Assembly: GCA_031459915.1 (NCBI GenBank)
Contig: JAVKHO010000014.1
Coordinates: forward strand, 1 to 64,000
Direction of reading: 5' to 3'
Length of the DNA stretch: 64,000 nucleotides
From: Candidatus Tepidifontimicrobium thermophilum
Lineage (GTDB): Bacteria > Sysuimicrobiota > Sysuimicrobiia > Sysuimicrobiales > Sysuimicrobiaceae
Numbering within the stretch: the stretch's first letter is position 1; every line of letters starts with the position of its first letter. The notes beneath the pieces were generated by a model, which saw nothing but the letters and a program-made list of their open reading frames with translations, was not told the DNA's origin and did no database searches. Positions 41,452 through 50,732 of the stretch are shown here, one piece after another. The position numbers and the translations under genes are program-made.

Positions 41452-42216
41452 ATGAGCGGGAGCGTACGGCTCGAGGACATGACCTGGCCCGAGGTTCAGG
41501 CAGCTCTACAGGCTGGCGTACGGACCGTGGTGGTGGTCGCTGCCTCCACCGAGCAGCACGGGCCCCACCTGCCCCTGAGCACCGACGCCCTGATCGCGGA
41601 AGCCGTGGGCGAGCGGGTGGCCCGTCGGCTGGGAGCCTTGGTGGCGCCGGTGATCCGTCCGGGGTGCTCCGACCACCACCTGGCCTTCCCCGGCAGTCTT
41701 TCGGTCTCGCCTGGGCTCCTGGTCGAACTGCTGGCCAGCTACGTGCGGTGTCTGGTGCCCTACGGCTTCGACACCTTCGTGCTGCTCTCTTCCCACGGTG
41801 GCAACTTCCGGCCCTTGGAGGACGCCGCCCGGAGGCTCCGGGACGAGTACGGGCCGAGGGGCGTCCGGGTGGTGGCGGTGGCGGGAGACGCGGCGCTGGT
41901 GGACATGATGCGGGAGATGGTGGACGTAGCCGCGGGCCTGGGAGCGCCCCAGGACGTGGACGCCATCCACGCGGACGCCTGCGAGACATCCATCGTGATG
42001 CACCTGCGGCCCGACCTCGTGCGCGCCGACCGGATCGAGCCGGGTTTCACCGGAAGGCTCGACCTGGACACCCTCTTCCACGAGGGGCTGCGGGCCGTCA
42101 CGGCCAACGGAGTCCTGGGCGACCCCCGGCGTTCGAGCGCCGAGATCGGCGCTGCAGTCCTGGACCGTCTGGTGGACCACCTGGTGGACCGGGTCCGCGC
42201 GCAGCTGGGTACCTGA
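41452..42216 (+). CDS. Creatininase/MftE-family amidohydrolase
   Basis: MTWPEV, EQHGPHLPL.TD, HGGN, HA...ETS, NGVLGDP. Confidence 0.88.
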   Translation: MSGSVRLEDMTWPEVQAALQAGVRTVVVVAASTEQHGPHLPLSTDALIAEAVGERVARRLGALVAPVIRPGCSDHHLAFPGSLSVSPGLLVELLASYVRCLVPYGFDTFVLLSSHGGNFRPLEDAARRLRDEYGPRGVRVVAVAGDAALVDMMREMVDVAAGLGAPQDVDAIHADACETSIVMHLRPDLVRADRIEPGFTGRLDLDTLFHEGLRAVTANGVLGDPRRSSAEIGAAVLDRLVDHLVDRVRAQLGT

Positions 42217-42272
42217 CTTCTCCACAGCGAGAAGGCGTGGCGATGCCACGCTTCTTGCCGCAGGGCGGATCT

Positions 42273-42701
42273 TCAGCCAACCGCCCGTGGGAACTCCGTG
42301 TCCACCCTCCGGGCGGCGTTCACCAGCTCCCTGGCGGCGGTCAGGTAACCCGAGAGGGCTCCCACGTTGCCCTTGACGATCTTCAGTTTGCCGCGCATCA
42401 CGGCCGCCAGCGGGTCCAGCTCGCCTTCCAGGACCTGCTTCCACGTCTCAGCCTCGGCGCTGATCACGTAGGGAGCACGTTGGAAGTCGTCCTCCGTCGC
42501 CACTCTCGCGTCGCGGCACTCGCCGCGGTAGAGGTCAAGAAGGATCGCCCGATTCTCCTCGATGCCCAGGGACGGGTCGGCCTCCAGGACCAGGACGAGC
42601 GGCCACTCCCAGCTGCGGGCAGCCTCCCGGTAGTTGGGGGTGGCGTTGATTCGCTCCTGGTAGGCCTTGGCCCACTCCGCCGAGAAAGCCTCGTATGCCA
42701 T
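42273..42701 (-). CDS. SCP2 sterol-carrier-domain protein
   Basis: FS.EW, WEW, DLYRGEC, LDPLAAVMRGKLKI.KG. Confidence 0.8.
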   Translation of the reverse strand: MAYEAFSAEWAKAYQERINATPNYREAARSWEWPLVLVLEADPSLGIEENRAILLDLYRGECRDARVATEDDFQRAPYVISAEAETWKQVLEGELDPLAAVMRGKLKIVKGNVGALSGYLTAARELVNAARRVDTEFPRAVG

Positions 42702-42785
42702 GGGGCCCTCCCTCCTGTCCGCCTGACGCGATGCTAGGACCTTCAGCGGTCAAGGACGGAGCCATCTGTTCTTGAAGAGCGCGGA

Positions 42786-44429
42786 TCAAACCGCGATCGC
42801 CCCGGCCCGGAAATCCGAGGTCCCCATCCGGACGTTCACCAGGGCCGGCTTGCCCGAGGCCAGCGCCCGCTCGAGGGCAGGCCGCACCTGCTCCGGCCGT
42901 TCCACCCACTCGCCGTGCCCCCCCAGGGCGGCGACCACCAGATCGTACCGGGCATGGCTGAGGGCCGTAGCCACCGCCCGCTCGGGGCCGAACAACTGCA
43001 CCTGCAGCCGGCGAATCTGAGTCCACGCGGCGTCGTTCCCCACCACGGCCACGAAGGGGAGCTCCTGCCGCACCGCCGCCTCGTACTCCAGCAGGTCCAG
43101 CCCGGCCGCACCGTCGCCGAGCAGGACCACTACGGGCGCCTCCGGCCGCAGGACGCAGGCCGCCAAGGCAAAGCCCAACCCCACCCCCAACGTCCCCAGC
43201 GGACCCGGGTCAAGCCAGCCGGCAGGGTACCGACGCGGCCGCACGACTTTCGCCGCGGTGCCGATGAAGTCTCCACCGTCCCCGATCACCGTCGTGCCCG
43301 GGGGCAGGGCAGCGTCGATCTCCGCACAGAGTCGGAGGGGATCTACAGGAACCGCCTCGCTCGTCACACCCGCCCGGATCCGGTCGGCCTCCTGGTGCTC
43401 TGCCTCCCCCAGATGGTCCAGCCATTGCTGGCGGGCCCGCGGGTCGTCCGGCTCGAGGCCCGCTCCCACCAACTGGTCGAGCACGGCCCCCGTGTCCCCG
43501 GGCAGCCCGACCTCCACGTCGCGGTTGCGACCCAGTTCTGCGCCGTCGAGGTCGATCTGGATCAGCCGGGCGTCCCGGTTGATGGCCTTGCCGTAGTCCA
43601 GGCGGAAGTCGAGGGGCGTCCCTGCCACCAAGACCACGTCCGCCTCCGCGAGGGCCTGCTTGCGGCTGAGCTGGAAAAAGCAAGGATCCTCGGGCCCCAC
43701 CACCCCACGGGCCATCCCGCTGGTGAACACCGGGACCTGGCCCGCCCGTGCGAAGCGCGCCACGGCTTGCGGATCATGAGACCATTGGACCTGGCTGCCC
43801 ACCAAAGCCACGGGACGACGAGCCTGACGGAGCACAGCCGCGGCTCGCTCCACGTCCGAGGGGCTGGCCGGGCAGGGCGGTCGGTCCGGCACCGGAGCCG
43901 GAAAGCGGACCGCTTCGAGGTTCACCTGGGCGAAGATCACGTCCAGCGGGATCTCCACGTACACGGGACCTGGAACGCCGTACAGGCTCCTGCGGAAGGC
44001 CAGGTTCAGGATCTCCGGCAGGCGCTCGGGGTCCTGGACCTGCACCGCCCACTTCGTGATGGGGCGCACCACGCTCAGGTGGTCCATCTCCTGCAAGCTG
44101 CCACGGCCCGCGTGCTCGAGGGGCCCCTGGCCCCCGAGGACGACCACGGGCGACTGGGCGCGGTGGGCATTGGCGATGGCGGTGACGGCGTTCATCACCC
44201 CGGGGCCAGCCGTGACGGCGGCGACCCCGGGCCGCCGGGTGATGCGGGCGTACGCGTCTGCCGCGTACACCGCCGCCTGCTCGTGACGGACGTCAACCAC
44301 ACGGATGTCCTCATCCAGGCAGCCGTCGTAGATGGGCATGATGTGACCACCGCAAAGCGTGAAAAGGGCCCGGACTCCCTCCCGGGCCAGCGCACGAGCG
44401 ACGACGCGCCCAGCATGGACGAGCGCCAC
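42786..44429 (-). CDS. TPP-dependent enzyme (2-hydroxyacyl-CoA lyase/acetolactate synthase-like)
   Basis: [43 protein letters not shown]. Confidence 0.85.
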   Translation of the reverse strand: MALVHAGRVVARALAREGVRALFTLCGGHIMPIYDGCLDEDIRVVDVRHEQAAVYAADAYARITRRPGVAAVTAGPGVMNAVTAIANAHRAQSPVVVLGGQGPLEHAGRGSLQEMDHLSVVRPITKWAVQVQDPERLPEILNLAFRRSLYGVPGPVYVEIPLDVIFAQVNLEAVRFPAPVPDRPPCPASPSDVERAAAVLRQARRPVALVGSQVQWSHDPQAVARFARAGQVPVFTSGMARGVVGPEDPCFFQLSRKQALAEADVVLVAGTPLDFRLDYGKAINRDARLIQIDLDGAELGRNRDVEVGLPGDTGAVLDQLVGAGLEPDDPRARQQWLDHLGEAEHQEADRIRAGVTSEAVPVDPLRLCAEIDAALPPGTTVIGDGGDFIGTAAKVVRPRRYPAGWLDPGPLGTLGVGLGFALAACVLRPEAPVVVLLGDGAAGLDLLEYEAAVRQELPFVAVVGNDAAWTQIRRLQVQLFGPERAVATALSHARYDLVVAALGGHGEWVERPEQVRPALERALASGKPALVNVRMGTSDFRAGAIAV

Positions 44430-44539
44430 GGCGGTACCCCTCAGCGGATCAGTGGTCTCCGCATCCAACCGGTTTCAAGTCATGATGATACCGGAGACGT
44501 GGGCCCTGAGGGTCCGGGTTCGGGACAAGGAGGTGACGG

Positions 44540-46162
44540 ATGTTCCCGCAGGGACGGAGCGTGGTCATGGCCAGGCGCGGGATGGTGGCTTCCGGCCATC
44601 CCCTCGCCTCCGCCGCTGGGCTTCGGGTGCTCATGTCCGGGGGAAACGCCATAGATGGGGCGGTGGCCACAGCCGCGGTCCTGGGTGTGGTACAGCCCAT
44701 GATGAGCGGCGTGGGCGGCGACACGTTCCTCCTCTACTACCCCGCCCGGGAGGGGCGGGTCTGGGCTCTCAACGGGAGCGGCATCGCACCATATGCGGCC
44801 AGCCGACAGTTTTTCCTCGACCGGGGCTACACGCGGATGCCCTTCCGGGGTATGCTTTCCGTTTCTGTGCCCGGGGCCGTGGACGCCATGGTCACCGCGC
44901 TGGAGCGGTGGGGAACCGGGAGGTTCTCCCTCGCGCAGCTGCTGGAACCCGCGATCTTCTACGCGGAAGAGGGGTTCCCGGTGACCGAGAAGGTGAGTGT
45001 TTGGATCGCAGAGGCGGAGGAGGTCCTGAAAGCTCATCCGTCCACCGCCCGGATCTACCTTCCCCAGGGCAGGCCACCCCGGCCGGGGGAGGTCCTGGTG
45101 CAGAAGGACCTAGCGCAAACCCTGCGCCGGATCGCCCAGGGCGGGCGCGAGGTCTTCTACCGGGGCGAGCTGGCCCGATCCATCGTCCGGTACTGCCGCG
45201 AGCACGGAGGGCTGCTCACGGAGCGGGAGTTCGCGGAGCACCAGAGCGAGATCTACGCGCCGCTGGAGACGACCTACCGCGGCTACCGCGTCCTGACCAC
45301 CGCCCCTCCCTCCCAGGGCCTGATCCTGCTAGAGATGCTCAACATCCTGGAGGAGTTCGAGCTTTCCCGGCTGGGCTGGGGATCTCCCGATACCGTCCAC
45401 CTCATGGTGGAGGCCAAGAAGGTGGCTTTCGCGGATCGGCTGGGGTACGTGGGCGACCCCCGGTTCGTGGACAACCCCGTCGGGACGCTGCTGTCGAAGG
45501 AATACGCCCGCCGCCGGGCCCGGGAGATCCATCCCTTCCGGGCCAGCGCCGAGCCCCGGCCCGGCTCCCTCCGGGAGGAACTGGGCGCCACCACCTACTT
45601 CGCGGTGGCGGACGCGGAGGGGAATCTGGTCTCCTACATCACCAGCCTCTCCGCGAGCTTCGGGTGTGCGCAGGTGGTGGAGGGAACGGGGATCCTGCTC
45701 AACAACCGGGCGGGAAGGGGGTTCACCCTGGAGGCGGGGCATCCGAACGTGATCGCACCCGGCAAGCGCACCATGCACACCCTGATGAGCTTCATGGCCC
45801 TTTATCCCGACGGGCGTCCCTTCCTGGTGTGGGGCACCCCGGGCGGGGACGGACAGCCTCAGTGGTGCGCCCAGGTGTTCACCAACCTGGTGGACTTCGG
45901 CATGAACGTCCAGCAGGCCGTGGAAGCGCCCCGCTGGCTGAGCTTCCCCGGTACGGACCCCGCAGACCTCCCGGCACCCTTCGAGCTCCGCGTGGAACCC
46001 GGCTTCGCCGAGGAGGCGGTCGAGGAGCTACAACGCCGCGGACATCGGGTGGTCCCGATGTCCGGATTCGCCGGTGGAGCTCAGGTGATTCAGGTGGACC
46101 CTGCTGGCGTGTACCACGGAGGCTCCGATCCCCGGGTGGACGGGGCCGCCATGGGGTGGTGA
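44540..46162 (+). CDS. ggt: Gamma-glutamyltransferase family protein
   Basis: GGNAIDG, GVGGD, VPG, catalytic TT (ATTYF), PGK, GTPGG, GGSDPR. Confidence 0.9.
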   Translation: MFPQGRSVVMARRGMVASGHPLASAAGLRVLMSGGNAIDGAVATAAVLGVVQPMMSGVGGDTFLLYYPAREGRVWALNGSGIAPYAASRQFFLDRGYTRMPFRGMLSVSVPGAVDAMVTALERWGTGRFSLAQLLEPAIFYAEEGFPVTEKVSVWIAEAEEVLKAHPSTARIYLPQGRPPRPGEVLVQKDLAQTLRRIAQGGREVFYRGELARSIVRYCREHGGLLTEREFAEHQSEIYAPLETTYRGYRVLTTAPPSQGLILLEMLNILEEFELSRLGWGSPDTVHLMVEAKKVAFADRLGYVGDPRFVDNPVGTLLSKEYARRRAREIHPFRASAEPRPGSLREELGATTYFAVADAEGNLVSYITSLSASFGCAQVVEGTGILLNNRAGRGFTLEAGHPNVIAPGKRTMHTLMSFMALYPDGRPFLVWGTPGGDGQPQWCAQVFTNLVDFGMNVQQAVEAPRWLSFPGTDPADLPAPFELRVEPGFAEEAVEELQRRGHRVVPMSGFAGGAQVIQVDPAGVYHGGSDPRVDGAAMGW

Positions 46163-46327
46163 CGGAGATCCCGCCGGACAGGCGCCCGACACTCGGCCGT
46201 TGGACGACCCGGCCAGAAAATCCCCGCGGCTGCCGACCAGGGTGCGAACGGGTTTTCGCACTGACCGATGGCCCACGCTGCAGGAGTTCGGCGGGGTGCC
46301 GCAAAGAAAAGGGCGGGAGGTGGGAGT

Positions 46328-47077
46328 GTGCGCTGGCTGGCGGGACTGGTGGTGCTGGCGGTGGGCTTGCTGGTGGCCGGGCAGGGACTCTCCGTCTCCG
46401 CTGCGGTCCGGATTCGCTACCACGGCCACGCCTTTTTCGTGGTCACAGCTCCCGACGGGGTCCGATTCGCCATCGACCCCTACGGCCAGATCGGTTACCC
46501 CCTCCCAGAGGTGTCCGCGGACGTGGTCCTGGTCACCCACGAGCACCGGGACCACAACAACGTGGGACTGGTCCGCGGGGCGCGGGCCGTACTGCGGGGC
46601 CTGACCGCAGATGGCCGGGATTGGAACCGGATCCGCGAGCGCGTGGGCGTCACCACGGTGACCTCCATCCCCTCCTTCCACGACGACCAGGGGGGCACCA
46701 GCCCGCGCGGCCTCAACACCTTCTTCCTGATGGAGATGGGTGACCTCCGGCTCGCCCACCTGGGAGACGTGGGTCAGCCTGCCCTCACGGACGCCCAGCT
46801 CCGGGCGCTGGGCAGGCTCGACGTGCTGATGATCCCTGTGGGCGACGGTCCCTTTACCATCGGTGCGGCCGAGGCCACCCGGATCACCGAGCAGCTCCAG
46901 CCCGCGGTGGTCATCCCCATGCACTACAAGACCGCCGCCCGACCCGACTGGCCCGGCACGGACGAGGGGCCGTTTCTGGAAGGCAAGCGGGACGTCCTGC
47001 GGACCGGGACCACCTACGAGGTCCGCAAGGACCGTCTCCCCAGACCGACCCGGGTGGTGGTGATGGCCTGGAGATAG
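46328..47077 (+). CDS. Exported metallo-beta-lactamase-fold hydrolase
   Basis: Signal peptide, GHA.F, IDPY, THEHRDHN, HLGD, IPMHY. Confidence 0.85.
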   Translation: MRWLAGLVVLAVGLLVAGQGLSVSAAVRIRYHGHAFFVVTAPDGVRFAIDPYGQIGYPLPEVSADVVLVTHEHRDHNNVGLVRGARAVLRGLTADGRDWNRIRERVGVTTVTSIPSFHDDQGGTSPRGLNTFFLMEMGDLRLAHLGDVGQPALTDAQLRALGRLDVLMIPVGDGPFTIGAAEATRITEQLQPAVVIPMHYKTAARPDWPGTDEGPFLEGKRDVLRTGTTYEVRKDRLPRPTRVVVMAWR

Positions 47078-47159
47078 CCTTTCCCGGCGCGTAGGACCCG
47101 CCACGGTGAGGGGACAGCTCACGCCCCACGCTGTCGCCGCCCGTAGCGCCGTGCACCTT

Positions 47160-47924
47160 CTACTGGACCAGCCGGCGGCGCAGCAGCACCGCCGGGACGG
47201 GCAGGAGTACCACGGCCACCGCCGCCAGCCAGACTACCTCCGGGACCGCGGCCACCGGGGTCCCGAAGGCCAGGGCCCGGGTCGCGCGCACCACGTGGTA
47301 CAGCGGCGTGAACCACGCCGCGGTCTGCACCCACCCCGGTAGGGCGTCCAGGGGAAAGAAGATCCCGCTGAACATGAACATGGGCGTGATCCACAGAGAG
47401 AAGTAATACGGGAACAGGTCGATGGAGGGTGTCACCGCGGTGAACGCCAGGGCCACCGTAGAGAACACGACCCCGCCGAGGAAAAACACCCCGGGGAGGG
47501 CCAGCGCCCACAAAGACCGTGCCACGCCGAACAAAGCTACGACCAGGAGGAAAGCGGTCCCGTAGATCACGCTGCGGGTGGCGCCCCACAGGACTTCCCC
47601 CACCGCCACGTCCTCCGCGGAAAGGGGCGTGGTGACGATGGCGTCGTAGGACCGGTCGTAGTAGAACTGGACGTAGGCGTTGTACGTACACTCGAAGGTG
47701 GCGCCGAACATCGCCGCGGAGGCCGCCAGACCCGTGGCCACGAATGCCACGTACGGGAGGCCCTGGATCTCCCTCAGGTAGGCCCCGAGCCCGAGCCCGA
47801 GGGCCAACAGGTACACGACGGGTTCCAGGAAGTTCTCCGGGACCGTGAAAGGGAACGTCTTCCGGAAGATCAGCAGGTTCCGCTGCCAGAACCGGAAAGC
47901 CCCCACCGGCGAGAAGTCCATCAC
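47160..47924 (-). CDS. ABC-2 exporter permease (NodJ-like)
   Basis: EPVVYL, TFECT, PMFMFSGIFFP, PLYH. Confidence 0.85.
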   Translation of the reverse strand: MMDFSPVGAFRFWQRNLLIFRKTFPFTVPENFLEPVVYLLALGLGLGAYLREIQGLPYVAFVATGLAASAAMFGATFECTYNAYVQFYYDRSYDAIVTTPLSAEDVAVGEVLWGATRSVIYGTAFLLVVALFGVARSLWALALPGVFFLGGVVFSTVALAFTAVTPSIDLFPYYFSLWITPMFMFSGIFFPLDALPGWVQTAAWFTPLYHVVRATRALAFGTPVAAVPEVVWLAAVAVVLLPVPAVLLRRRLVQ

Positions 47925-48847
47925 TCCCGCAACCTCCTGCCGGTGAGCCGCAGGAACACGTCCTCCAGGGTCGCCCGCCGAAGGACCACCGCCTCCACGG
48001 GAAGCCGGAGCGCCCGCACCCGGTGCACCAGCTCTTCACCGTCGCGGGTGTGGAGGAACACCCGGTCGCCCGCCACTTCAAAACCCTCCGCGAGGCCTGC
48101 GGCCTGCTCTGCCACAGCCCACGCCGGGGCTCCGTCCGCCGCCACCTGCAGCTCCACCACCTCCCGCCCCACGTAGCGCTCCACCAGCTCCCGGGGCGGT
48201 CCTTCGGCCACGATGCGCCCGTGGTCCACGATGGCGACCCGGTCGCACAGGTGCTCGGCCTCCTCCATGTAGTGGGTGGTCAAGATCTGAGTCACTCCCC
48301 CACGCTTGAGCTGTCGCAGCCGGTCCCACACCGCGTGGCGTGCCTGGGGATCCAGCCCGGTGGTGGGCTCGTCCAGGACCAGCAGCCGGGGGTTGGCCAT
48401 CAGGGCCCGGGCGATCATCAGCCGGCGCTGCATCCCCCCCGACAGTTTCGACACCCGTTCGTCCGCGCGTGCCTCCAGCTCCGCGAAGGCCAGCAGCTCG
48501 TCCGCCCGCCGCCGCGCTTCCGCCCAGCTCAGGTCGAAGTACCGTCCGTACACCACCAGGTTCTCCCGGACGGTGAGGGCGTCGTCCAGGGTCACGGACT
48601 GGTGTACCACGCCCAGCTGGCGTTTGATGGCCCTCCCGTGACGTCGGACGTCCAGTCCGAACACGCGCAACGAACCGGCCGTCGGCCGGGCGGTGCAGCA
48701 GACCATGCGCATGGTGGTGGTCTTGCCGGCTCCGTTGGGGCCCAGGAAGCCGTAGCACTCCCCCTCCCGGACCTGGAAGGAGATCCGATCCACGGCCACC
48801 AAACTCCCGAACCGCTTGAGCAACTCCTCCGCTTCCACCAGGGCCAC
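47921..48847 (-). CDS. ABC-2 exporter ATPase (NodI-like)
   Basis: GPNGAGKTT, LSGGM, DEPTTGLDPQARH, THYMEEA, LEDVFL.LTGR. Confidence 0.9.
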   Translation of the reverse strand: MALVEAEELLKRFGSLVAVDRISFQVREGECYGFLGPNGAGKTTTMRMVCCTARPTAGSLRVFGLDVRRHGRAIKRQLGVVHQSVTLDDALTVRENLVVYGRYFDLSWAEARRRADELLAFAELEARADERVSKLSGGMQRRLMIARALMANPRLLVLDEPTTGLDPQARHAVWDRLRQLKRGGVTQILTTHYMEEAEHLCDRVAIVDHGRIVAEGPPRELVERYVGREVVELQVAADGAPAWAVAEQAAGLAEGFEVAGDRVFLHTRDGEELVHRVRALRLPVEAVVLRRATLEDVFLRLTGRRLRE

Positions 48848-48963
48848 GTAGGCTGGATTCGGAGGATCCCCGCGGACTTCCTGGCCTCGCAGTTGCGCTC
48901 AATCCCAGGGCCGGGTAGGGTCGGGCTTGAAGCCATAGGACGGCCACGAGGGAGGTGAAGCGT

Positions 48964-49299
48964 ATGGTGCACGAGGTATACCCGCACCCCACGCGGGAGC
49001 TGGCAGCCAGGCGTCGGGAGCTGCAGCCGGAGACCCTGGACGCCTTCCGGCGTTTCTCCCAGCAGGTGTTCGCCGAGGGAGCCCTCCCGGCCAAGACCAA
49101 ACAGCTCATCGCAGTGGCGGTGGCCCACGTGACGCAGTGTCCGTACTGCATCCGCAGCCACACCAAAGCCGCCCGACAGCACGGTGCCAGTCCTGAGGAG
49201 ATCATGGAGGCCATCTGGGTGGCCGCGGAGATGCGGGCCGGAGCCGCCTACGCCCACGCCCTGTTGGCCCTGGACGCGCTGGAGGAGGACAGCGGCTAG
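48964..49299 (+). CDS. AhpD/CMD-family protein
   Basis: LPAKTKQLIAVAVA, CPYCI..H, EEI.EA. Confidence 0.88.
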   Translation: MVHEVYPHPTRELAARRRELQPETLDAFRRFSQQVFAEGALPAKTKQLIAVAVAHVTQCPYCIRSHTKAARQHGASPEEIMEAIWVAAEMRAGAAYAHALLALDALEEDSG

Positions 49300-49329
49300 A
49301 TCCCTGCGGTACGGGCCCTCCGACTGCCG

Positions 49330-49704
49330 TCAGAACCCCGAGGAGCTGACGGTAGAGGTGCCGTCGCCGGAGAGCGTCACGGTGACCGTAGCCCCCTCCA
49401 CCCGGGTCCCCGAGCGGCCCGTGGCCACCATCTGGCAGGCAGTACCGCCACACGAGACGTAGGAGAAGTCCCAGTTCTCGGTGGAGGCTGGCGAGGCAGT
49501 GAAACCGTCGAAGGTCTGCTTCTCGGCGTAGAAGCTCCAGGCGAACTCCCGCATCTCCTGGAGGCGCTCCGCGGCCTCGGCGAAGTACGCGTTGCGCCGT
49601 GCCGAGAGGTACGAAGGGAACGCCAGGGCCAGCAGGATGCCGAGGATGACCAGGACCATGATCAGCTCGACCAGGGTGAAGCCGGCCTCGAATCTGCCGC
49701 GCAC
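49330..49704 (-). CDS. Type IV pilin
   Basis: Class III signal G|FTLVEL plus hydrophobic helix; C-terminal Cys pair. Confidence 0.88.
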   Translation of the reverse strand: MRGRFEAGFTLVELIMVLVILGILLALAFPSYLSARRNAYFAEAAERLQEMREFAWSFYAEKQTFDGFTASPASTENWDFSYVSCGGTACQMVATGRSGTRVEGATVTVTLSGDGTSTVSSSGF

Positions 49705-49786
49705 GGCGACCCTCCTTCCCCCCCCGTACGTGGGTATCTACCCAAGAGGAGGAGGACTTAGACCTCCGGAAGGACGAGCCGCCTTT

Positions 49787-50197
49787 TTATCCGTCCGGAT
49801 GTACAGGCTGCCGGACGGAGCCTTGCCGCCCGGCTGCCAGTTCCCGAAGGGGGCAGTACGCGTCGAGCCAGCTCGTGACCTGTTCCCGCGCCCAGTGCGC
49901 CCACGGGCGGTCGCCGTACTCGGCCCGCCGGGCGGCGGAAAAAACCCTCAGGTCATCTCCTCCACCCCGGGCGGCAAAGGAAAGCAGGAGCCCGCACGGG
50001 TAGTGCACGCACAGGCCGCAGTGCTCCACCCGCCGGCGCTTAGCGCACAGCCGGATGGGACACGCCGCCTGGCCCAGGATTTCTTCCTGGGACGCGCACG
50101 AGAACGGGAGTGCCTCATACCAGGCACTGCCCTCCCAGTAGGCCCCGCAGACCCCCGCGTACCGCTCGGCCTGCCTCCCTCTCCAGTCACCTGCCAT
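49787..50197 (-). CDS. Cys-rich protein, DUF3795-like
   Basis: CPIRLC..HCGLC..YPC pattern; GAGG RBS. Confidence 0.6.
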   Translation of the reverse strand: MAGDWRGRQAERYAGVCGAYWEGSAWYEALPFSCASQEEILGQAACPIRLCAKRRRVEHCGLCVHYPCGLLLSFAARGGGDDLRVFSAARRAEYGDRPWAHWAREQVTSWLDAYCPLRELAAGRQGSVRQPVHPDG

Positions 50198-50274
50198 GGC
50201 TCACCGCCTCCTGCTACCAGTTAGCGGAGCGGCGACTGACCCGGCCATCGGCTCGACGCCCGATTCCGGACCGG

Positions 50275-50283
50275 TGGTATTCT
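50275..50283 (+). promoter_or_regulatory. Extended -10 promoter of the copper operon (near-leaderless)
   Basis: TGgTATTCT 10 nt before the ATG at 50294. Confidence 0.5.
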
Positions 50284-50293
50284 GGGGACCGGA

Positions 50294-50668
50294 ATGGTCG
50301 GCGTCCGGCTCGCTGCGGTGCTGTGGGCCGTGCTCCTGCTGGGCCCCCTGGTCGATCCCCACGCCCACGACCTGTACCACACGCACTGGGTGCTTTCCGA
50401 GGCCATCCCGAGCCCGGGATGGGACGTACCGGCCGGCCAGTCCCCGCCAAGGCCCGACCGGTCTCCCCATGCTCCTGGCGTGGTCTGGCTCCGCGGCGCG
50501 GACCCGTCTGTGCCGGCGGTGGTGCACCTGGGGGCCCTGGTGCCGGGGGCTGCGGTGCCGGTGCTGCTCGTCCCGCCCATGCTGGGGCCCCAGCTAGACG
50601 CAGGCCCCTGCGGCTCGTGGACTTCCGCGGACCTAGACCCCCAGGATCCCCCTCCCCGCCGCGCCTGA
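50294..50668 (+). CDS. Exported His-rich protein ending in PQDPPPR; candidate CutF-like regulatory uORF
   Basis: Hydrophobic N-terminus, HAHDLYHTH, polyproline C-terminus; first ORF of the copper operon. Confidence 0.65.
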   Translation: MVGVRLAAVLWAVLLLGPLVDPHAHDLYHTHWVLSEAIPSPGWDVPAGQSPPRPDRSPHAPGVVWLRGADPSVPAVVHLGALVPGAAVPVLLVPPMLGPQLDAGPCGSWTSADLDPQDPPPRRA

Positions 50669-50732
50669 CCACGCATCAGGGTTCGTGACCGAAGGGGTCC
50701 CCGACGCCCCCGTCGGGCACAGGAGGTATGCC

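Noticed and set aside
41452..42216. Mycofactocin (mftE) system
   Set aside because: No mftA/mftB/mftC or radical SAM gene nearby
47160..48847. Nodulation factor export
   Set aside because: NodI/NodJ-like ABC-2 exporters are widespread; no nod biosynthesis genes present
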